Assembly (NCBI GenBank): GCA_002104945.1
Contig: MCFH01000152.1
Location: 1 to 23,444, forward strand
Source: Piromyces finnis finn
Lineage: Eukaryota > Fungi > Neocallimastigomycota
Length of the DNA stretch: 23,444 nt
Reading direction: 5' to 3'
Shown: one piece after another, positions 11,972-21,765 of the stretch
Layout of the letters: each line of letters starts with the position of its first letter
Numbering within the stretch: the stretch's first letter is position 1
The notes under the pieces: generated by a model
What the model saw: the letters and a program-made list of their open reading frames with translations, nothing else
Told to the model about the DNA's origin: nothing
The model's database searches: none
Translations under genes and position numbers: made by a program

Positions 11972-13420
11972 ATGGAAAATCTCCACTTACACCTATAAAG
12001 TGATACAAAAGAATTTTTAACCGCCTACAAACTACCAAGAGAGAACGTTCCCCAGAAATACTCCCGAAGAAAATCAAAGATGCCTATCATTCCGGACAAA
12101 TTAATGCTTCTACGAGTAATCCTACTCAGAAGCCAACTACTAATGAGGATCTCAAGGCCCTCATTGATCTTTAATGCTACCTTACTGGGATATCAATCAG
12201 TTAAAGGTTGATATTCAAGCTACCAGAAGGGAAAACGAAAGCTCAATGATCGTTTGACTTTTGGAAAACTCTACTCAAGTTATTATGGGTAAGATGGCTA
12301 CTTTAGAAGTCAACGATGCTAGGAAAGACAATCAACTCGCTGATATCAAAGCTCATATCAGCAAAGCTACTCAAGAGTTGATGAGTTGTTACTCCCGTAC
12401 TCCTTCTACTACACCCTCACGAACCTGACGGTGACGTCATCATGGAGATGCTTCCCTCCAAACGTCGCTGAAAAAAATGCTTTCTTACTCAGAGAAATTC
12501 AACTACGCAGTTCATCCGTCGATGCGAACACCACTCTTAAGACACATCAATTCTATGGAAACAATGAAGCTATGAAAGTAAACTTCATTGAAGATTGTCT
12601 ACTGGTGATGCTGCAGATTGGTACGTTGTTGAACAAGCAGACTTCCAGGAATTCATCCGAATAGAAAAGTTCTTTACGAAGCTTTGAGTAAGAGATTCCT
12701 TAACCCGAAGGATATCAACATCACCAAAATCGACCTGATGAAGCTCAGACATAGTTGGGGAAAAGCTTCCGAATACTTAGGAAAATTCTCCCAATATGTC
12801 AAATTAATTGGATGTCCGAAGACATTCAATTAACCATCATGCTTTTCCAATTAGACCTACCGTGAACCACGCCTTTAGTAAGTAACTTCTGATAGACAAA
12901 CGTTAGAAAACTGAAGAATCTCTAATCAAATATGATGCTTCCAAGGATACTTATACGATGATACTTTGGAAAGACAAGCTAACTACAAGGACAAAGAGCC
13001 CTTAATAGTAATTATTAGGTATTCATGGCAGTCTTTATTCCAAAAACCCTAACAAGAATAACAATCGAATAACAACCAAAGGAACAACAATAACAGCAAT
13101 CGCCCGTCTAACCAAAAAGGAAAAGGCTCCAGTAACTGGATAGCAATCGTACTAAAAATCCCAATAAAAGTACTAAACCTAATAATGGTACTTCATACTC
13201 CAGCTATCTCTGTGAGTAGAAGAGCAAGATATCTTAGAGCTACCAAATCCTGATCCGGAGAAGTATCCCATCGTGAAGACTAGTGTAAAAACTTCTAAAG
13301 GATCTAGACAGGTTATCAACTTCGTCTCTCTTAGATTCTGGCTCTACTACCAATGTATCCATATGGATTTAGTGAAGAAACAGGAATAAGACCATACCAG
13401 CTGATACTGTTGTAAAGGTC
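11972..13420 (+). pseudogene. gag: Frameshifted gag and protease N-terminus of element B
   Basis: Fragments in shifting frames: coiled-coil-like LENSTQVIMGKMATLEVNDARKDNQLADIKAH, TGDAADWYVVEQ, LYEALSKRFLNPKD..LMKLRHSWGKASEYLGKF, and protease SLLDSGSTTN (LDSG 13331-13342). No CCHC knuckle was seen. Confidence 0.75.
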
Positions 13421-16400
13421 ATGGGAGGTAATGTCCTAATGCATTACATCACAGAAGAGTTCAACATTGTAATGAACTTATCTTCTTTAGGAAGAACTCG
13501 AGAAGAAGTTCGTCAATACAAACTTCGATGCCACGTAGCTGATCAGCTTCCTTCTTCGATTCTCCTAGGTTCTAAGTTCATGAAAACCAACTTCTTCTGT
13601 ATCTTTACACAACCTGACCATTCCTTTACAGTTAAAATTGGTCCTGTTCCTTTCTCCAACCATAATGGATCTGAGATTAAATCTCCTAACTTTAGGAATG
13701 ATTTGAAGAAATCTACACCTCTTCATGAATTACGCGAAGTCCTCCAAAAGAGACAGTTCGTCTTAGACGAACAATGGGACAAAGAACATTTGAACGATCG
13801 AGGAAGAATCGTGATCAAGAAACAATCAAGCAAGAAACCCAATAATAACCATGTCCACAACACAGAAACGATAACCCTATCCAACGAAGAAAAACTGAAA
13901 ATCGAACAAAGGCTTCTTAAACAAAAACAAAACAATCAAAGTTTTATAATCTCAACTGACCATAAAGAAGGACTCGACGAATACATTATCAAGGAAATAC
14001 AAAACCTCCCTCAAGAATTACAAGAATTCAAGCAAGTTTTCGGACCACCACCAAAGGGCAAGATATTTAATAGGAAAAACGAAAATTTAAATTCATACTT
14101 ACCTTATGATAAGGAAAAAGTTAAGAGGCTACCCATGATGCCTCACATCAAATTAGACAAAAACCAAGAAGACGCTCTTGAACAAGAATTTCATGAACTT
14201 GAACAGAACGGAAAAATCGAGAGAACTCGATCCAGTTCGGCTTGCAACGTCTTTAATGCACCTAAGAAAGATGGTACATTCAGAACTGTGTTTAATTACG
14301 TTATGGTTAATAATTGCCTACACCATAACAACTACCCAATACCTAAAATAATCGAACTTGTACACAGAGCTGCCCAGTATAAGTTCCATATTTTACTAGA
14401 TTTAAGAAATGCCTATAACCAAATCTATCTCGAGCCCAAATATCGTTTCCTTACAAGCTTTAGATTTAAAAACCAAACCTATCAATGGAAAGTTCTTCCC
14501 TTTGGACTCTCCACTGCCCCATCCATTTTCCAATCCATTCTCAACCTCTTATTAAAAATATACTTGAATAAAGGTATTGATATCTACCTAGATGATATAC
14601 ATATTTATGCCCAAGATAAGCAAGAATGCCTCAGACTTTGTGCTTACACTTTAAAGAAGTTCAAAGAAAATAATTTCTTTTGTAAACTTGAAAAATGCTT
14701 ATTTTTCCCAGAAGAATTCGAATATTTAGGGTACAAAATTGGATATGAAAAAATACGTCCTATTTCTAATAAAACTTTAGACATTAAAGAATGCAAAACA
14801 CAAAAGGAATATCAGCAACTATATGGCTTTCTTAATTATTTCAAAGACTACGTAAATAACTTTACCGAAAGAACAAAATATATCTCTATGGGACTATCAA
14901 ATAAAACCACTACTTGGACTAAAGAAATGAATGACGAACTAAATTATTTTAAGAAATTAATTCCTAACCTTCCAAATTTAGCACCGTTTAAACCTAACCA
15001 CGATATCTTTATCCTAACCGACGCATCGGAAATCGGAATTGGCGCCGCAATTTTTCAAGCGGGGGCCCCCAATGTACATATTCAAAATTACATTTTAAGT
15101 AACGTATACAAGAATAATATTAATCGTGAAATCATCGAAAACTTATTTGGTCATAAAAATTGGACATTAAACGGACATTCTGAAGTAAATGGACGTGAAA
15201 ATAAGAAAATCGATAAAGCCAAGAATCGTGAAGATATCAATCCACCAATTAAATTGAATGAAGCAATGAATACATTTGAAATAAAAAACAATAGTTTATC
15301 CGAATTAAAAAAGTATTTAAAACCCATAGGCTTTTTCTCCAGAAAATTGAATTCTACAGAAAGAAAATATTCAACATTCGACAGAGAATTATTAGCTCTC
15401 TCGGACACCTTACAACACTACCGGTTACTTCTCCAACAAGGACAAAAAATATACTGTGCGACGGACCATAAGAATTTGGTAATCTACATAAATTCCGGAT
15501 CCAAAGTCGAAACTAATCGTAAGTTAAGATTATTTGAAAATATTTGCAATTACAATATAATACCTTATTATATCGAAGGAAAAGACAACAAGATTGCAGA
15601 TCTACTCTCAAGATTTATTAAAATGGAAAACGAAACCGAAAATACTAGCAACAGAAGAAACCCACAGCAGGTCAACAATATTGAAGAAACAAATTCTTTG
15701 GATTTCTTAGTAAATGCCATTGAACTCAAGGACTTAGAATCTACCAACAAAGAAGAAGATAACGAGGAACCAGACTTAAAAGTCTTTAAGACTACCATAA
15801 GTTCGCTAATGGAAAATAATAAACAAAAGGAACTAAAAAATTATCTTATCAATTGGTACAAGAACCAGGATATGTTATTCAAATCATTGAAGGAACAAAT
15901 AGTAAACCTACTAGAAGAAAACACTTTCTTCGAAAAACAATATAAAAAACAAGTTAATCTCAGATGTCAAGACCTAAAAGATGTATTGGATAAAAGAGAA
16001 CATTTTAGTTCAGAAATAAAAAAGGTGAAAGATGAATTACAACTTCTACAAACTGGCAACACCCAAGGAGAAACTAAAAGAAAATTTGATAGACTTAATC
16101 AAAAAATAAACGATTTAAGGTATGACCTCAATCCAAAGGCTGAAAGAATAGAACTCACTAAGAAAGTAAACCATTCGGAAAAACAGATAACTGCCCAATG
16201 GAAAGAGATAGAAAACCTCAAGAAAATAATAGAAAAAATGGATAAAAGGATAACTGCCCTAATCATTGACAACGAAGAAGACTCAAATCTGGATAAATCA
16301 ACTTCCATTCCAACAGAAACAGTCTTCATAGTCGATGATCAGAATCCTGAACTAGTAGAATCTATCAACGGTATACCTTTGGAATATGAAGATTTATATG

Positions 16401-19336
16401 AAGCCTTCAATGAAGAACGAGCCGATGAACTTCCTGAACATCGTGTATATGATTGTTCTATTGATTTGAAACCTAATGCTTCATTATTTTATGGGCCAAT
16501 TTATCCAACTACTCCTACTGAACGTCAATTTATTAAGGAGTATATTGAAGAAAACTTGAATAAAGGATTCATTAGAAAATCCCGATCTCCTGCTGGACAT
16601 CCAGTTCTACTCCAAGATAAGAAGGATGGTAGTCTCAGATTTTGCGTTGACTATCGCAAGCTCAACGACCAAACTATCAAGAATGCCTATCCGCTACCTT
16701 TAATCCTATCAGTCTTTGAATCAATGAAAGGTGCTAACTATTTCACTAAGTTAGACCTCAAGTCAGCTTATAATTTAATTAGGATTAAAGAAGGTGACGA
16801 ATACAAGACTGCATTTAGGACGGCATTTGGTCACTTTGAGTACTTAGTCATGCCTTTTGGACTAACTAATGCTCCTGCAGTTTTCCAAGCTTTCATTAAT
16901 GATATCTTTAGTGATCAAATTAATAAGTACGTTCAAGTGTAATTGGATGATATCATTATCTACTCCAAGACCCTTGAAGAACATGTTCAACATGTTAGAA
17001 ATGTTCTTCAATTAATCATTGAAAACAACTTAGTTGCGAAACTCAAAAAATGTGAGTTTCACAAAGCTGAAATCGAATTTTTGGGTCACGTAATCAGTAA
17101 GGAGGGAATCAAAACTGATCCTCACAAAATTGAAGCAGTTAAGAACTGGCCTATCCCCACTACTGTGAAAGAAGTTCAGTCTTTCTTAGGGTTATGCAAT
17201 TACTACCGTCGCTTTATCTCTAACTTTTCTAAAATTGCAAAACCATTATACAACTTAACTAAGAAAGGCGTCACTTTCATATGGACAGACGAGTGTAATA
17301 GAGCATTTAATCAACTTAAAGAATTTCTTACTTCAGCTCCAGTTTTACTTTGTCCTGATCACGATAAACCATTCATAGTTGAATGTGACGCAAGTGACTT
17401 TGCTATCGGGGGAGTACTTTCACAAAAAGGTGATGATGGAGACCTGCATCCAGTTTATTACTTTTCTAAAACCCTTCATGATGCAGAACTTAATTACTCT
17501 ATCACCGAAAAGGAACTCTTAGCAATTCGTCAAGCTTTTATCGAATGGCGTCACTTACTTCAAGGTGCAAAATATCCTATTACCGTTTATTCAGACCATC
17601 GAAACTTGCTTTTTGCTACCAAACCGCAACTTCTATCCCAAAGACAAGCTCGTTGGCAAGAATACTTTGCTACTTTTGATTTCAAGATTATCTATCGACC
17701 AGAAAAGAAAAATGGTAAAGCTGATGCTCTCTCTCGTAGATCCGACCATATGCTCACAGTTGGTAAGGATATAAGTGAATCATCCTTACTTAAACCAACT
17801 CAATTAGAAGGATTCAACGAAGATGAATGCTACTTCTCTATGGAAACTAGCTTCATTGACGACATTAAGCAGTGCTACCTTCAAGATGAAACCGCTTGTC
17901 AGATTCTTAAGGATCTTGAAGTTCCAAATAGTGATCATCCTTGGATTCTTCAAGATGGCCTTTTAATAAGAACCAAACATCCGGAGCAAGTATATGTTCC
18001 AAGTCAACTAAGACTCTTAGTTATTAAGCTCAACCATGATGCACCCACTGCCGGTCACTTGGGAGTCGATAAGACTTATGACATTCTTAAACGTAATTTC
18101 TATTGGGTTAATATGCGTCAAGATGTCGAGTCTTATATTCGAAGCTGTAGTGTATGCAAGGCAATGAAAACCGATCACCATGCTCCTTATGGTAATATGA
18201 TCCGTGTCCCTCTTCCGGAACTTCCATGGCAACATCTACAAATGGACTTTATCACGGACTTACCATCAAGACCTTGTAACTCTACCTTACCATTCGACTC
18301 TACCAATCCGAACCACTATCAAGGTACCATAATGGTTACTACTTGCTACTTAACTAAGATGATACACTTAGTTGGGTTCAAACATTTATCCACTGCTAAG
18401 GAAACTGCTACTGCTTTTCTTAACCATATTTTCAAACTGCACGGATTCCCCTTATCTATTGTTACAGACCGTGGTACTCAGTTCGAAAGTCGTCTTTGGT
18501 TCCACTTGATGGAATTCTTTAATATCGATCACCACTCTGCTACTACTGGCCATCACCGCACTGTTGGACAAGTAGAACGTAACAACGACTACGTCGAAAC
18601 TTATCTTCGTTGCTACTTAGCTCAATTTGATGATCTCAGTTGGATGGATCATTTGTACTTAGCTGAATTTTGCTACAACAATTCCATCCATGCTTCCACC
18701 AAGCAACCACCATTTCTCTCCGTCTATAATTATCAAGTTCACGCAAACCCACAAATTGCAGACCTTGTTTCTTCTTTAGGACTTCATCCCCTCATCGATA
18801 GCTTCTCCCATAACTTAGCTGACCTTAAGCATACTCTCGAAGTCAGTCGTACCCGTTATCTCGATGAAAAGGATAAGCACCTTTATCACAACTTTAAGCG
18901 CTTCAAGGTCCACGATCTTGTTTGGCTTCGCAAACCCGCTAATTATCATCCTCCATTAGCGTTCAAGCTCCAAACCCGCAAGTATGGTCCATACAAGGTC
19001 ACTGGTGTCGATGAATCTAAGCTCAACTACCGCCTTGATTTATCTACCTCACCTTTCCCTCGTGTCTACCCCGTATTCCACATCAGTGAACTCGAACCAT
19101 ATCATCCCACTCCTCACCATCTATTGCTCAACCATCCCAACTCCAATGAAATCACCAAGATCCTTAGTTCTCGTAAATCGGGTCATTTTTACGAGTACTT
19201 AGTCACTTTTACTGACTTATCTCAACGTTGGATCAATGCTGACACCATTGATAAGGATGACTACTACAGCACCCTTTTAGCTGATTACCAACGTCGCGCT
19301 TACCAACAATTCACCAATTCCGTCCCAGATTCTTAA
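13421..19336 (+). pseudogene. pol: Chimeric pol: PR C-half, RT1, RH1, coiled coil, RT2, RH2, integrase and chromodomain-like tail, in one frame with a single internal TAA (16940-16942)
   Basis: ORFs 13421-16942 and 16943-19336 are contiguous and in frame. PR ILLG; RT1 YLDD (14585-14596); RH1 TDAS/DRELL/ATDH; RT2 V*LDD; RH2 ECDAS/TEKELL/SDH; IN HDAPTAGH..CSVC, MDFI, TDRGTQF, GQVERNN, GPY; tail ITKILSSRK..YEYLVTF. Confidence 0.92.
13730..16276 (+). mobile_element. Inserted fragment of a second retroelement family: RT - RNase H - coiled coil (2547 bp, 849 codons)
   Basis: Switch from C/T-rich to A-rich sequence near 13727-13733. Similarity to the copy at 22033-23444 stops exactly at IIDNE (16276). 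The ends are flanked by GAA/GAA. The left junction is uncertain by a few bases. Confidence 0.85.
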
Positions 19337-19675
19337 TCTGGACCCCACTTATTAGTATCCCACCTACTAGTGTCTACCACCCTTACTCCTTCACTACCCA
19401 CCTATCGCCACTACCCCACCTACTACCCACAACTCCGCTACCCACTAGTCGCCACCACTACAACTACCAACCACTATTCCGCTACCCAACCACCCTCTTT
19501 CGCCTTTGCCCTCAACCCTCAAATTCCGCAACCTTTTCCGCATCCCAAAATCCGTATCCCCTCGAGTCATATCATTTCCCTAACCTTCACGTGTAGTCTC
19601 CATTTCTGAAGAATCCACGTGATACCCTCACAACTTTTCTTTGAACACTTTTACACCTCACTTTTTCAACACTTA
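19337..19675 (+). other. C-rich, G-poor low-complexity 3' region of element B (ccactac/cctac motifs)
   Basis: Strong strand asymmetry is visible directly, with repeated ctacc/ccact words. Confidence 0.8.
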
Positions 19676-19683
19676 GAAAAATT

Positions 19684-20886
19684 TTGAGAATTTTCAAAAA
19701 ATGGAAATTCTCAATTTTTGAAAAAAAATCTAAGGTAGCACGTAACGTATTACGAAGAGCAATGAGAAATAGAATGGTGCATAATAAAGCAAGACAATTG
19801 GCTCAAAATTTAGGACGTAGAGCAAGAGATAGGATTGTACGAAGAAATCGTAGGATTGGCAATAGACAATTCGAATCAGTTAAAGGAAATGCTGCTGGTA
19901 CAACCCATACTACAACACGTATGATAGTACGTAGAACACCACGCGAACAACGATTTTTACGCAAATTGTTTAAAACAAACCCTACTAAAAACAAATATAT
20001 AAACAGATTTGGTTTTTCTTGGATGGGTGCTGGTGCAGCCTCAAAAACTATTTGGTATAGTGTTTGTCATTTAAAGTTCAATAATTTATGTAATTATTTA
20101 CAAGGTCGTAAAATCTTACCGACACAGAGTATAGAAGGAGTTTCTGCTACAGTAACCAATGATAAAGCCGTGGGAAATTCCCCATCAGCTGGTATTTACG
20201 TTGGTAAATGTACATTCCATTACGAATTGTATAACCCAACTAATTATTTAATGACCGTATACATTTACGATTTAATTTGTAAATGTGATACACCACATCA
20301 AATAGCATATTCTGATGCTAATAATGATGGTAATAGTGCCCCTGAAGCTTGTATGCAAAAGGGTTCAAAATCCATGACCGATGGAGGTTCTGCCCCAACA
20401 TGGCAAGTTGCAGACCCTACACTCGAAATGGGTACATATTGGAATACTGTTGGTATGAAACCAACGGACTATCATTTATTTAATACGATTTGGAAAGTCA
20501 AAGGAATGAAAAAAATCATTTTACCACCTGGATCATCACACCATCACGTGGTTATATACAACCCAAAAAAGAAGATAACCAATGCTAGTTTATTATACCC
20601 TAGAGAAACTAGACATACTAATAATAAAATGGGTATTGGTGGTATTACACAAGCAACTTTATTTGGTTTTGAAGGTCAAGTTGCAACTGAAGACAATCAA
20701 CGTAGTGATGGTACAATTGTAGGTACATTACCTGGTAAATTATTAGTTAAATGTATTAAAAAGGTAAATATATGGGATCTTCCATGTAACTATCAATCAG
20801 TAACATCTGAAGATGATTTAGTAGCAACATGGACTAAACCAACTATATTCTCTGATTTAGTAGAAGTCAATGCAAGCTCTACATAA
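19684..20886 (+). CDS. cap: CRESS-DNA (circular ssDNA) virus-like capsid protein, uninterrupted; first in-frame ATG at 19762
   Basis: Arg-rich N-arm (RNVLRRAMRNR..GRRARDRIVRRNRR) followed by a beta-rich body. Segments ELYNPTNYLMTVYIYDLICK and GMKPTDYHLFNTIWKVKGMKKIILPPGSSHHH resemble single jelly-roll capsids of environmental CRESS viruses. It converges on a Rep remnant. Confidence 0.85.
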   Translation: MRIFKKWKFSIFEKKSKVARNVLRRAMRNRMVHNKARQLAQNLGRRARDRIVRRNRRIGNRQFESVKGNAAGTTHTTTRMIVRRTPREQRFLRKLFKTNPTKNKYINRFGFSWMGAGAASKTIWYSVCHLKFNNLCNYLQGRKILPTQSIEGVSATVTNDKAVGNSPSAGIYVGKCTFHYELYNPTNYLMTVYIYDLICKCDTPHQIAYSDANNDGNSAPEACMQKGSKSMTDGGSAPTWQVADPTLEMGTYWNTVGMKPTDYHLFNTIWKVKGMKKIILPPGSSHHHVVIYNPKKKITNASLLYPRETRHTNNKMGIGGITQATLFGFEGQVATEDNQRSDGTIVGTLPGKLLVKCIKKVNIWDLPCNYQSVTSEDDLVATWTKPTIFSDLVEVNASST

Positions 20887-20887
20887 G

Positions 20888-21086
20888 AACACGTGACATA
20901 CAACTAAGTTAACGTGTTTGATCCCTGTGAGCCGCAGGCTCTAGACCCTGGCCGTTGACTATCACATGTTTATATCTCATGGTGATCATGTGATGAGTCA
21001 CACCCTCCCACTTATCCATAGCCAAGTGGTTCTGAGAGGATTGTTTCCTACTCTGGACGGACGGCTCTGGGGGAGTAGGAGGAACA
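20888..21086. other. GC-richer intergenic region tiled by five stem-loops
   Basis: aacacgt/acgtgtt (20888-20918); gagcc/ggctc (20929-20941); tgact-atcacatg/catgtgat-g-agtca (20956-21000); cctc-ccactt/aagtgg..gagg (21004-21039); tgtt-tcctactc/gagtagga..aaca (21042-21086). Confidence 0.75.
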
Positions 21087-21156
21087 GATTTTTTTATTAT
21101 TTTTATTTAACACAAAATGTATACAACACAAATATAATGTAATGTAATGTAAATAT

Positions 21157-21169
21157 AATAAACTTTATT
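21157..21169. terminator. Back-to-back polyadenylation signals AATAAA-c-TTTATT for convergent cap and rep transcripts
   Basis: AATAAA on + at 21157-21162 and on - at 21169-21164, the latter overlapping the rep stop codon. Confidence 0.6.
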
Positions 21170-21303
21170 TAATATAATTTATTTTGTAAAACAATACAAG
21201 TACAATTTTTTTTTAAAAAGTTTAAGTGTTCAATATTTAAATTCTTATATAAATCTTCATTGGATAACCAAATCATTGGTTTTCCCCAATGAACCGTTCT
21301 TTT
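21169..21303 (-). pseudogene. rep: C-terminal remnant of a geminivirus/genomovirus-like Rep (end of the SF3 helicase domain)
   Basis: KRTVHWGKPMIWLSNED...LNFLKKNCTCIVLQNKLY* matches the WGKP-x-IWL-x-N...W/FL-x-x-NC C-terminus of gemini/genomo-type Reps (WGKP at 21288-21277). No Walker A/B or HUH motifs are recognisable upstream. Confidence 0.8.
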
Positions 21304-21765
21304 AAAATTAAATTGCCTGTTCGTTTTAGTAAAAACTAACGGGGGCCTTTTCTTCAATGGTAACTAGATAATATGTAGCTATGGCTATATACTATTTCGG
21401 GTATTGGCCTACTTATCTTAGGAAATCTAAAATACTTAAACCAATGTATATGTAGTATTGACGTTAAAGAGCCTACTTTAAGGAATTTTCACGTAAGTAA
21501 AACTCGTTTGTGATTTATGCGTTTTATATAATAATTTTATTTAATATGTTTTATTATAAGTTTATTTATAAGATCAAAGTTATTTAAAAGTTTGTTGTTT
21601 TATTAATTCTTTATCCTCTGTTGCTATATTGTCGAGGAAGACTATCTTTTTCTAGTGATTAATAATAACTAACAAATACTTTTAAAAGTTATAAAGTTTT
21701 ATAAATAAATGAATTTTTTCGAATTAATACGTTTGAGTTTAAAATTTTCGTTACAAATTTTATAT

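Larger units (their letters stand above)
11335..19675 (+). mobile_element. Element B: Ty3/gypsy chromovirus with a foreign RT-RNase H module inserted in pol; PPT and 3' LTR not found
   Basis: LTR-PBS-gag-PR-[insert]-RT-RH-IN-chromodomain, then a C-rich 3' region. The right boundary is approximate (composition switch at ~19672). Confidence 0.85.

Noticed and set aside
19370-19609. 79-aa Thr/Pro/Tyr-rich ORF
   Set aside because: It is a by-product of the low-complexity C-rich tract and uses a non-ATG start.
19741-19754. cgtaacgtattacg mini-hairpin containing TATTAC as a possible CRESS nick site
   Set aside because: The nonamer would be ACGTATTAC, not NANTATTAC. The stem is only 5 bp, overlaps the motif, and lies in the Arg-rich capsid frame (RNVLR).
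782-19994. Short antisense or alternate-frame ORFs in the track (e.g. 782-964, 861-1097, 3735-3932, 5188-5391, 12386-12664, 15568-15798, 16099-16329, 19803-19994)
   Set aside because: They overlap recognised retroelement or capsid frames and show no motifs; they are shadow ORFs.
20929-20944. Hairpin plus CTAG resembling a Helitron 3' end
   Set aside because: CTAG overlaps the stem rather than lying about 10 nt downstream, and there is no Rep/Hel gene or TC 5' end.
20990-21000. gTGATGAgtc resembling a hammerhead ribozyme core
   Set aside because: The first base is G rather than C, and there is no stem II followed by GAAA.
21069-21084. GGGGGAGTAGGAGGAA as the PPT of element B
   Set aside because: It is not followed by TG or any match to the candidate LTR, and it is explained as the 3' arm of a hairpin.
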